Part shown: positions 17,942-31,316 of the stretch, in pieces
Position numbering within the stretch: position 1 is the first letter of the stretch
Layout: every line of letters begins with the position of its first letter
NCBI RefSeq assembly: GCF_009914755.1
Contig: NC_060930.1
DNA: 64,000 nucleotides
DNA from: the human T2T-CHM13v2.0 reference genome, Homo sapiens
Strand: one strand, 5' to 3'
Position numbers and translations under genes: made by a program
Notes under the pieces: model-generated
Told to the model about the DNA's origin: nothing
The model's database searches: none
The model's input: only the letters and a program-made list of their open reading frames with translations

Positions 17942-18212
17942 ATGCCCAACCCCAAAAACAGCAAAGGCGGCCGCAAAAACAAGCGCGCCAACAGCAGCGG
18001 CGACGAGCAGGAAAATGGAGCCGGGGCCCTGGCAGCGGCGGGCGCGGCGGGAGCGGCGGCCGGGGGGGCCCTGGCGGCGGCGGCCGGTTGCGGGGCGGCG
18101 GCGGCGGGCGCGCCGGGCGCCGGAGGCGCGGCGGGCGCCGGAGGCGCGGGGACTGGCGCCGCGAACGCCGCGGCCGCCGCGGGGGCTGCGGCCGCGGGCG
18201 ATGCCAAAAACG
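17942..18212 (+). CDS. HECA: HECA coding exon 1 (aa 1-90 plus 1 nt): basic N-terminus and Ala/Gly low-complexity tract
   Basis: ATG 17942 (MPNPKNSKGGRKNKR...GDAKN) inside the CpG island; donor AACG|GTAAGA at 18212/18213; phase 1 joins exon 2 in frame (G+AA=Glu). Confidence 0.96.
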
Positions 18213-19178
18213 GTAAGACGGGGCTGGCGGGGCGAGCGCCAACTTCCTCCCCGACGGGGACGGCGCGGTGGCGGGGCCCTGGGTGGCGCGGGCGGTGCGT
18301 GGACAATGCGAGAGTCAGGAAGTGCTCACCCCGCCCCTCCGCCCCGCCGCGGCTGCCCCTTCGCGGTCCCCACGCCTGGCGGCGGGGACAGATCTGCGGC
18401 CCCTGCCCGGTGTCCGCGCGGGGGGCAGCCCGCGCCCCACACTCTGAGGGGCTCCCGGCTGCGGCAGCGCTGCCCTCGGGCCCAGCCTGCTGCCCGCGCT
18501 GGCACTGCCCCGCCGTGTGTGCCGGGCCGAAGGGAGGAAGGAAGGGAGGAAAGAGCCGCCCAAGTTGAGAAGAATGATCCGATTGAAAACTTAGGCACCG
18601 GTTAATTCTTCCCGGTGCTCCAAGGCCACCCGTAACCCCCGGAATGAAGGAGAGAGAGCCTCAATTCTTAGCACACCCAGGCTTGCTGCGTCGATCGCCA
18701 CAGGTGAAGAGGCCTCGAGACATTTAGGGCCTCTGTGTTTGCTCTTTAATTTTTTGGCTTGCTTGAGGAAGGAAGAGAATCTGAACTTGACTTCCGTTCT
18801 CAGCCCGGAGTTAAAAAAAAAAAAAAAAAAGAAAAGAAAGAAAAGAAAAATCATTCTCTATGTCATTGTGCTTAACATTTTCAGAAGGAAGCCTCATAAT
18901 CTTAGGTAGTGCCTGAATGTTCCTTTTGAGGGGACACTTAGGAACTGGCCCAGATGTGACAGGATTTCTGTTCTCATTACAGAGCCATGGTTTTCGTTAT
19001 AAGGTGCTGGGCAAACACTTACTTATTTGGACAGTTCTTTGAATTCCTCTAGTCAGGCACTTTTTCCAGGAAGACAACGTAGGTATTTTAATGAAGGGAG
19101 ATTTGAATTGTTATATCTGGCTTTTAATTTATAGCGTCAGCTTTTGAAGCCATTCTTTATGTAGATCAGGCACTTTTT

Positions 19179-19477
<299 letters not shown>

Positions 19478-21759
19478 AGATCAGGCACTTTTTAAACAGG
19501 GCACCTGCTCTTACAAGCAGCGTACAGTGCTCTGAACATAGGCGGCTGAATGTCGCCTGTTAGAACTGTAGGCCCCGTTGGCTGTGTCTCTGCAATATTG
19601 AAATAGGAAGATTTATTTATTTATTTTCAGAAACAAACTTACCCCGTTTGTGAATGTTTCAGAATACTAGTTTTGGGTAGCCTGTGTTCTTCATGTTCTT
19701 TTGTTTTTCTCCTGGCTTTAACCTTCATTTTGGTATTGATGTGGCAGAGAGAAAGGTGCTCAGACTCTGGGTAGGACAGACTCCTAGCTCAGCCATTTAG
19801 AGCTTCATCATCTTGGAAAGGTCAGTCTTCCAGAGCCTCAATTTCCTCATGTGTAAACTTGAAAAAAAATTACCCTGGCTCCCTCCTAGTGTTATTGAGA
19901 GGCTCAGAGTGCCCCTTCCCTATTATGCTCCCAGTTCTTGTTATTTTAAAGGTTACATATATAATGAGCTTAAAGTTTCTCACAAAGAGTGCATGAACAA
20001 TGATGACAGCTTTCGTTTATTCATTTAAAAAAGATTACCTGCAGTGTTGCAAGTACCGTGTTCAATACTAAGGGATCCAGCGGTAATCAAGACGAGACAT
20101 CCCGGTCCTCAGGGAGCTTGCATTCCTGTTCTGGTGGTGGTTTTGGTTTGCTCTGCCCACCCCCCTACCAGCTCCTTTTTTTTTTTTTTTTTTTGGCCTA
20201 TGTGGAAGCTTCAAGTTCACAGTTTCCTTTTTTTTCTTGCTCCAAAAGATTAGTCCAATTTAAGGTGGCATGAGGAAATTTTTTTCTTAGGCTACTTGTA
20301 CCTCCTAGTTTGTACATAACAAACTGGTTAAGGGGCCCCTATTATTATTCTCTGAAGTGGCAAACTCAAGTATATTTAGCAGCACAGTGTATGTGAAGAG
20401 CTGTTTCTGATTAGGAGCTTATTTTATTAAGTGAAAGGCGGGGAGAAAAAGGAATGGGCCAACATTCCCATAGTCAGGGTCAGAGGATGTAACTTATATT
20501 AGAGGAGTGAGCCAAATTTTATGATGCCTGATTCTTGTTTCTGAAGTGATGTGAAGTCTTCGTGAATGATTCACCTTAATGTGAGGAACCCCCCCTCAGT
20601 TCTGCAGTTGATGATAACTGAACTTGGATGCTGAGGACTCCTGGGTGCAAAATCAAATGCTTTTTTCTTTTCTTTTCTTTCTTTCTTTGTTTTTTTCTTT
20701 GTTATTTAAAGCTATAGTTTATAAGGTAGGGGTTTGGGAGAGGCGTTACTGGTGAATTTTTAAAGAGGAAGGGGCAAGAGATGCGTAAATTCTCAAAATC
20801 AACTAAGGACCAATATTTGGATTTTTAATGTTAAAGTTATTATCGGTAGTAGTTTTAAGTGTATTTCAATTTTTTACTTAACTGTGACATTAGATTTTGT
20901 AATTACAGAAATTACAAATCAAGTAATTATTACAAGAAAGGAGGTACTTGATATTCTTTGAAACTTGTAAATAGTTTTTCACTGTTCAAGTCAGCTATCT
21001 ACATCTGCAAACATGCAAACTTAATGACTTCGCTTAAAATTAATAGTGTTTATTTGTAGTTGTTTGGAGTTTATAGAATGGTTTTGTGTCTTGTAGCTCT
21101 TGGGCAGTGCGGCCACCAGAGCAGGGCAATATTAGCTTTTAGTTGTTCAGTTTGTCAAGTGGGCATAAATAAATACTTATTCTGTAAAGGAAGATTACTA
21201 GTTACGGAGAGCTTGGGGAAGCCGCGGTATAGTTGTGGTTGGAGAAGATGAACTGGCTGCAGTTGTGCATCTTGAGTAAGTTTAATATTAATTCTTAGGA
21301 TATCATACCGCTAATAAGACATTTATTAGATACTAATTTTAAGATACTAGTTTATGAGGCTTATTTTTCAGGGATTGGTGTAAAAGACCACCCCATCTTT
21401 TTCCTACATAGTAATCTGTCTGCACATACCATTTGCATTTTCATTGCAGGTATACAAGATTACCAATGGTTATATTTAGAATCTAGTTATCAAAAGGTAG
21501 ATACGTAGTTTCATTCTGGTTCCATTAGGCCTCTACATTTTTATATCAGGCCTAAAAATATTTGAAACCTTGATCATAGTATATCTAGTTTTCATTGGGC
21601 CTGGATCTTAAGTACTTTTATAAATTCCTGTTATTGGATGACCATGGTTCATCACTCCACTCATTCCTTACTGCCTCTAGAACCCGTGGGCAGCAGAGTC
21701 TGCCTTAATTCATGGAACTGTTTCTAGCAGATGGAGTTCGTTTGCATAGAGATTGGCTT

Positions 21760-21990
21760 TCCATTTGGTGGACCTAGATTCAAATCCTGGCTTCTCAAAT
21801 TACTTGTCAAATGACCTTGGGCAAGTCATTTAACTTCTCTGAGCCTTGGTTTCTGCTTTGTAAAATGGATTGTAGTACCTACCCATACAGATGTAGTAAA
21901 ATATCTGTATCTATCTATTAAATATATTTAAAATAAATAGATTACATACATTAGATAGATTAGAACAGTGTCTGACTTACAGTACCAGCT
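21760..21990 (+). mobile_element. MIR
   Basis: TTCAAATCCTGGC..TGACCTTGGGCAAGTCATTTAACTTCTCTGAGCC..TGTAAAATGG. Confidence 0.75.
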
Positions 21991-22004
21991 TACGAAGTAT
22001 TAGC

Positions 22005-22380
22005 TGTTTGTCTTAGATCCTGGAAATAGCCTGAGCAGAGATACACGTGCTGGAGGTTACTGGAGAGTGCTCTTGGCATCATTCCTAGTGGAGGAGGGAA
22101 GGAAGCAGGATTGGGCAGAAGCAGGAGTTGAACTGTGATGCATCTGTAACAGAGACCCCAGTTGATCCTCTCTTGGGGGAGCTCTGGAGGTGGGATGGCC
22201 TTTCTGAGTTATCTCACCTTAAATAATAGGGGCAGGGCCTTCTACACACTCCCCCAACTCCCAGTTGACTGGTCATTTGGACTTGGGCTCCCCCCAGGAA
22301 GAGAGCATGACCTTGAGGGTGGCATCTCTTTACCTGGAAACCCTTTATGGAGAGGGACTCTGCTGAGAAGCTTCAGCTCT
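22005..22380 (-). mobile_element. LTR16-like (ERVL) LTR
   Basis: GGAAGCAGGATTGGGCAGA..GGGAGCTCTGGAG..GGGATGGCC..GTCATTTGGA..CATGACCTTG. Confidence 0.6.
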
Positions 22381-23325
22381 GAGTGAAAGGAGAGCCATTC
22401 TTATTCCCCTAGCATTATGGATGTCTTCATTTAGACCACCAGTACCATTCACATAAAACACAGGTGTGGGATAAATATTTCTTACTAACAACTAAATAGG
22501 CTTTGTGGAGGAGACTGGGAATTAACCACCATTATAACAGTGTTTCCATGGGAAAACGCATTCTGAATTCCATATATCTGTTGACAAGTAGATTTTTTTT
22601 GGAGTACCACCTGTTCCCTATGCACAGGATTTGTATTTTGCTGCATATTTAGGCCACTAAAGACACTTTTTATAACCGAGGTTTGTAGTATATTTTAAAT
22701 AGTTTCTTTTTAGATGTTTACTTTAATTCCTACTACATTTAAATTACCTATATCCATCAGTAGGAAAATGAAAAATGTTTGCTTGCTGTTTATTTTCAAA
22801 TCAAGGAATATCTGTTGAGGATCTAAGGTATATAGGTTACCATTATAATCTTAGAAAACATTTTCTTGCCTTATCTAGAAGTCAGTTTTTTGGGTCTCAA
22901 GAACTATTTGCCTTTGGATGTTGTCTTTTGAAATCCACCTTTTTAGTGGAGATTGGCAGAAAATATTGCCTCATGCATCAAAGATTCTTCCTGTACACTT
23001 CGTGTATTAAAGTGAAGAGCTCTTCTGTGCGCCGTTCATGGTGCTCTATGCGCAGTCTCGTCTTTCTCTCATTCTTTACTTGTTAGAGGATCTGTGATCT
23101 GTCCTTAAGTTCTAGAAACTAAACCTTCAATGTCAATTTTCCTGTAAGTCCAAGAATATATTTCATTCCATGGAGAATTGAAAACGGGAGATAAAACGGG
23201 AAAATCTCTTGCAGCTTAATCCTCCTATGAGTTTACTTCAGGCTTTTAGCTATGAATAATTTAAAGAACTTGAAGGTACCAGAAGAGATTCTTTACAGAA
23301 AAAAATCTGTCCTAACTGATTTTGA

Positions 23326-23635
<310 letters not shown>

Positions 23636-24051
23636 CTCTTTGGCATTTTTAAGGGCTTTATTTATTTGAAAATATTGTGTTATTTTATTATTTTACCAGT
23701 AATGAAATAAGCATCTTAGAAAAGAAGCTTTCTTTGCCTTTCTGGTTAAACACATAATTCCACCACTTAAGAGATCAACATTATTAATATTTTGATATAT
23801 GTTCTTGCAGCCTTAAATTTTTTTTCTCACAAAACTTTTAAAAGTACATATATAGTTTCTGCAAAAAGAAGATCATATATTTTATAATCTGATTTTTACA
23901 CATAGAATAGTTTGTGGACATTTTAGCAGAGCAGTAAATATACAGGTGCATCATCATATGTCTGCACCTTGGAAATTTGATCATTCCACTATTGTTTACC
24001 TTTAGGTTCTTATTTATATATTTCTGGGCATTTGTCCACTTAATTACTTCA

Positions 24052-24874
<823 letters not shown>

Positions 24875-25210
24875 TGTACTTAGGAAAAATTCTTCCTGTG
24901 GACTTGCTATATCCAAGGATTATGCATATTCTCGTGACTTTTAATACATGCTGACAGATTGCCCTATTGAAAGGTTGTACCAGTTTGACATTGCTGTGGT
25001 CAGAGTGCTTTTCCCCATGGTCTCATCATTCCCTGGTTGTTTTAAAGGCATGCTGGAGAATTGCTCAGCAAATTCTCCAAAATGTCTCAGCAACTGGAGG
25101 GCCCCATTTGCATCCGGAATTTGGAGCAGATGCTGTCGTACATAGGGGGACTTTCCAAGGCTGGATGTATTTCTGTTTTTAAAACAGAGATTTTAAAAAG
25201 TAGTAATGGT

Positions 25211-25621
<411 letters not shown>

Positions 25622-26126
25622 TTAAAGCTTTAGTGAAAAAAGACTGGGTACTTCAGGCTTGGGTGTAAAGCTAGGTGCTATAACTTACGCTATAGCAGAG
25701 TGACTTTGGGGCAGGTTATTTAACCTTTCTCAGCCTCTGTTTTCTAAATGCAATCCTTTAGGGTGTTTTTTTGAAGGAAAACAGTATATGTGAAAGACGT
25801 TGGCACAGGGCCTGGCAGATATGAGCCCTGTCAACAACAGCTTTGTAAATTTTGTGGTTTGTTCAACCTTATCCAACTAAAAAACTTGTTAAGCCATTGT
25901 GATGTTAAGAACAGACACTGAGAGACATTAATGTGGAAAAAGACTATAGTACCGTGCAAGTTTTTATTCAAGCACTGCTTTGACTCAAAATGATTATCTA
26001 CTCTTCCCCCATCTTCTCTTTCTTATCATAGTTTACTGGGAAAAAATCAGATGATTTAGCTAAAAATAAGCAAACAAAAAGCAACATGTAAAAATGGGTA
26101 CATCTTCCTTATATAGAAATAAATGC

Positions 26127-26537
<411 letters not shown>

Positions 26538-26669
26538 TCAAATGAGTATGTGGAGTTGTGTAGCTGAAAGGAGGTGAGGAGCCCAGGATGTACTTTGGGG
26601 GATCAGCCAGGGCTTAGTGTTACTGAGAATTAAACACAGGATCCTTCCCTCTCTCCAGGCAACTACTGG

Positions 26670-26717
26670 ATTCATTAGATCCTCATTCATTCATTAGATC
26701 CTCATTCATTAGATCCT
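26670..26717. repeat. Three copies of ATTCATTAGATCCT(C) at the end of an L2 fragment (~26720-27200)
   Basis: Copies at 26670, 26689, 26704. Confidence 0.8.
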
Positions 26718-28101
26718 ATTTCATTGTTTATATACTCATCCATTTACTACATATTTATTATGCACCTACTATCTCCTATGACTGAGAAGTACAATGTTAA
26801 ATTATACTTGGGGGGATCAGAATCCATACCATCAAGGGCTCACTGTGAAGCTGGCAGAGAGACATGGAAACAACAGGAGCCATGATAATGTACTGTGGAT
26901 AGCCAGTGGGGAAAATGATGTTTCCTGGAGGAGGGGACATTTGAGCTGAGTCTTGCAGGAAGAGAGACAGTGAATTCTAAAGGTAGAGGAAGGATGTTCC
27001 AAACAGAGGGAAGTGAAAAAGGGCCTTGAGTTCTGGTTGCTCCAGGAGTTTGATGTAGCCGGTGTCAGGTGCCGTGGTAGGACTGGAGGCTGGAAAGGGG
27101 GCTGGGTCAGACAGTCAAAGCTGGATGTTTGTAGCCAGTGGAGAACCGCCCACCTAGGTTTATAAACAAGGACATGGTCAGCTGAATTTGAAAAGGGGGT
27201 AATCACAGGTTGTTGACAAGTTTGTAAAATTATATATTTTAACAGAATGAGTATCTTTTAATACAGCTAATAAAGGATTGGAGGTGGAGCCTGCCATGGA
27301 CTCTCAATTGTGGTTTTTCAATGAAGCAGAGGGCACATGGCACATGCTGCTTTTCTGCCCAGGATGACAGTGTTGCAGGATCCAAGACTGCTGTATGGAA
27401 AGCCTATCTTAATTGTGGGCAGCAGCAGCCCAGTGCTTTCTGAGCCATGTGAGGTTACTAATTGAGGTTAACATCAGAGAACTAGATGCCAGTGGGAGGG
27501 ATTGGGACCATTTGAGCAAGTAAGATTTTCTCTAGAGGCAGGGGCTTGTCCCTATGGTTTATTTTTCGTACCTAGGTAGAAAGTGTATATCTCTGTGCCA
27601 AGTTGTACTAATTATCTTGGTTTGTCATTTTATTTTTGTCAACATCTTACCAGTTTTTAAAACAATAAACTCTGGTGAGGGGAAATGCTATTTTGTACAG
27701 AGTGACTGTGTGTTTTAATTTTGTATATTTCAGAAAGCTTCCAGTTTTCAGTGGTTAGCGAAATAGCAACTTGCTTTATTTAATCAACAGGATGTTTTAG
27801 CTTAATTGTACTTGAGAGCTTTTTATAAACTAGCAAAAAGTCAGTAGCATTTCTAATACTTTAAAATGTTACAATTTTTCAGACAAATTACTTTTGCTAA
27901 ATTGTACAGATAAGGATAATACTTGAAAAGTCTAAGAGTGAGAAACAAGAAAGATACTAAGAGGAAGCTTAAAGAAAAGTGAGGAAAAAGGAAGATGAAG
28001 TGTTCAATGTAGTCATATAATTGCTTAGATAGCATTTAATGAGAAAGTTAGCATTGTTCTCATATATACACGTAATATAGTGTATTTCATAGATTTAAAT
28101 A

Positions 28102-28569
28102 GTCAAGGAGGAAAAACTTTCTCTACTCTCTTAGGCTTAGTGATTGAGGGTCTGCAAATTAAATTGACAAGAGACAGATTGCAAGATAAAAGACATTTAA
28201 TCATAGAAGAATGTGAGCCAAAGGAATGGTTAGAAGTAGGGGCTTGTATGTTATTTTAATAGGGGAAGGGGAGGGGAGAAAAGGGAACTTATGGGAAAAC
28301 AAAGGACTTTTTGGAAAGATAAGTGGGCGTTTAGGAGAATAGATGAAAGATGCGATAGTTTGGTGGTAATATCAGCTTGGTGTGGTGTGAAGACTTTTCA
28401 TCTCTGGTGATGAGTCGCTCTTCCTTGGTTGCTCTTGGGGAGGGGATTTATGTTAATTGAATTCTTTTTGAGAGCCTCTGCTTTTAGGCCAGTAAGAGAT
28501 TTCAGGAACTTAATCACTTTCAGCTCTTTAATTTTTATGCCACAGTGGCATATTCTGGACCCCCTCACA
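28102..28569 (-). mobile_element. Solo LTR (MER34 family)
   Basis: Reverse strand begins TGTGAGGGGGTCCAGAATATGCCAC..GGCATAAA..GAGCTGAA. Confidence 0.6.
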
Positions 28570-29882
28570 ATATATTGCCAACTCAAATCATATTACCTCC
28601 CCTCCCCTACCAAGAACAATTACAGATAGTCGGATAGGAAAAGATGGTCCAGGTGTCACAATTCACATTTCTTTTTATTTCATTTTATTGGAAATTCATT
28701 AAAAATAGAATGCCTTAAGATTTATTCCTTCATAACACGTGATCAAGAGGATGAATTCAGACAAAAGTTAGTAAGGTATCAAATTGCTCCGGTAAGTTAA
28801 GCAGCTACTTGCCACATTGAAAATGTATATTTTTCTCTAGGGGTAAGCATAGGTTTGATTATACTTTAGATCATGTCCCTTCAAGTTATAAAGTCATCTC
28901 AGTAGAGTCTTTGGACACTAATGTTGAAACTGAGTCACAGGCTTTGTTTTCGCTTTATAAATGAGCACTCCTGAGTGTGATGCTTATTTCAGTGTAATAT
29001 TTAGTATAACACAACTTCTTATTAAGGTAACACACTAGTTGTTATGCCTAACACAGCTCAGTAGGCAGAAGTCGAAACAGAAATGTACAGAATCAAGTTC
29101 TGGCTATTTTTGATTGGCAGCGGGTACAATCTGTAATCTGAGAGCGGGAGCCTGAGATGGCTGGTGATAGGTGTCAGTGAACAGACACGGAGAGCCCAGA
29201 ACAGTGCTGCCAGAAGCCATGAAGAGGGCCTGGCATTGAAAAATAAGTGCCTGCTGTGGTGGAGGCAGAAGTGTACATGCCTGAAAACATAGGGAAGCTC
29301 AAAGAATTCTTCCAAATGGTTTCCAGCTCCTTGGATCCGTTCTTACTGGGCAGTGCCTACATGTCACAGTGACTTTCTTTACCTCGGTAATGATACAGTT
29401 CCACTGTGTTAGGCATATAGTTTTAGTAGTGAAGGTGATGTGCTGTAGTGCAGAAGCAAATTAGGCAAGACTCCTGGGTGATTGGTGTGTTGGGTCTGTA
29501 GAACTTACGGAAAGGAGAAGCAGCCATTCCTAGTGACAGGAAAAGTGAAGTTGCCACAGCTCCCTTTTTTGAGTGTTTAGTAGGAGTCAGGTGTGACACC
29601 TGCAGTCTGCAGTCTACATTTGAGTATGAGGACACTAAGCTTCAGAGATGGCCTTCCCTTCTTGCAGAAAAGGCTTGGCTGTAGGGAAGTGTGCCTGACC
29701 CCCATGCTTTATAGTTGGAATCTTGTTGATGTTGGGTCCATCTTGACTCACACACATACGTACATAAATAATGAAAAACTGTATGCAGATTTTTAAAGGA
29801 GAGGACTGAAATTCAGTGTAAAAACACCAATATGGTTTTTATACTGAATAAGGACATTTACATTACTTTTAAAAGGTCTTAT

Positions 29883-30164
29883 GGGTCGGGCGTAGTGGCT
29901 CATGCCTGTAATCCCAGCACTTTAGGAGGCTGAGGTGGGTGAAACACTTGAGTCCAGGAGTTCGAAACCAGCCTGGGCAACATGACAAAACCCCACCTCT
30001 GCAAAAATACAAAAATTAGCCGGATGTGGTGATGTGTGCCTGTAGTCCCAGCTACTCGGGAGGCTGAGGTGGGAGGATCGCTTGAGCCCAGGAGGAAAGG
30101 CTTGCAGTGAGCTGCATCTAGCCTGGGTGACAGAACGAGATGCTGTCTAAAAAAAGAAAAAAAA
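29883..30164 (+). mobile_element. AluJ-like
   Basis: GGGAGGATCGCTTGAGCCCAGGAG diagnostic; small deletion near the 3' end. Confidence 0.9.
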
Positions 30165-30984
30165 TGCTTGTCATTCTGGTACTTGAACTGAAATTACATT
30201 TGTAAAACAAGAAAATACTTGACCCAAGGAAGCACTTTACTCACACATTGTACACGTATGTTGATCTGATCCTTCTATCACAGAAGGACTTCCTGGTCTT
30301 GGCTTGGGAGATTGTGAACATTTGAACTGGCACTTCCTGTTCTTAATGGACCAGAGTTCATAACTAGCATGTGATTATCTTTAGGGTAAAGTCCTAGCAG
30401 TAGGATCACTGGTTTGATACATATTGCCAAACTGCTCCTACAGACGAGGTTTGCCAGTTTACACCATCAGTGGTGGTGCAGTTCCTTCGCACTCTGTAAT
30501 GTAAATTTCGATTACCATTTTCATCTTTGCCAATCAGATAGATGAAAAATCACATCTCATTGTCATAATATTTGCATTTTTTGGATCATCAGTGAATATC
30601 TTTTTATATTTATATTGATCATTTGTATTTTTTTCTTGTTTGTGATTTTTGTCCATTTTACTAATAGGGTATTTGTGTTCTTACTGATTTTCACAAAGTG
30701 TTTGCGTATTCAGGGTACTTTTTGACATACGCTTTCCCTAATTTATTGTTTGCCTTTCAGCCTTATTTATGGTTGTCTTTGCTGGTTAGAAATTTTACAG
30801 TTTTGTATGATTACATTAACATCCACATAGAAATAAAGGTAAAGGTAAGGGAGTGTGAGGAAAGTTGTGAAATTACTTGTAGGCAAAGCAGTTTGGGCAT
30901 GGCATAAAGTTAGCAACTTTGAGTTCATTTGTATACCAGTGCACAGTAATGCTATTACATTTATGAGGTTGTGTTTACTTTTTA

Positions 30985-31316
<332 letters not shown>

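Larger units (their letters stand above)
17380..18720. promoter_or_regulatory. CpG island / TATA-less promoter of HECA; TSS inferred ~17600-17660
   Basis: Very high GC and CpG density spanning exon 1; GC box GGGGGCGGGC ~17603-17612. Confidence 0.92.

Noticed and set aside
18213-18568. 208-aa extension of exon 1 into intron 1
   Set aside because: Strong donor at 18213; no real poly(A) signal follows, and the A-run at ~18813-18830 would cause internal priming artefacts.
17623-18598. Antisense ORFs (227, 107, 90, 82 aa) over exon 1
   Set aside because: Low-complexity mirror of GCN/GGN codons; no independent gene structure.
17484-18605. 373-aa + strand ORF across the CpG island
   Set aside because: Its ATG lies at a CRE upstream of the inferred TSS and it runs into intron 1; stop depletion in GC-rich DNA explains it. 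Only the internal ATG 18015 is retained as a finding.
21105-21130. CTCF-like GGCCACCAGAGCAGGGCA (and CCACCAGGGGAGC near 46740)
   Set aside because: Core spacing deviates from the consensus; cannot support without a PWM scan or ChIP data.
26670-26717. Short spaced repeats resembling an array
   Set aside because: Slippage of the L2 (ATTC)n tail; no unique spacers, not CRISPR-like.
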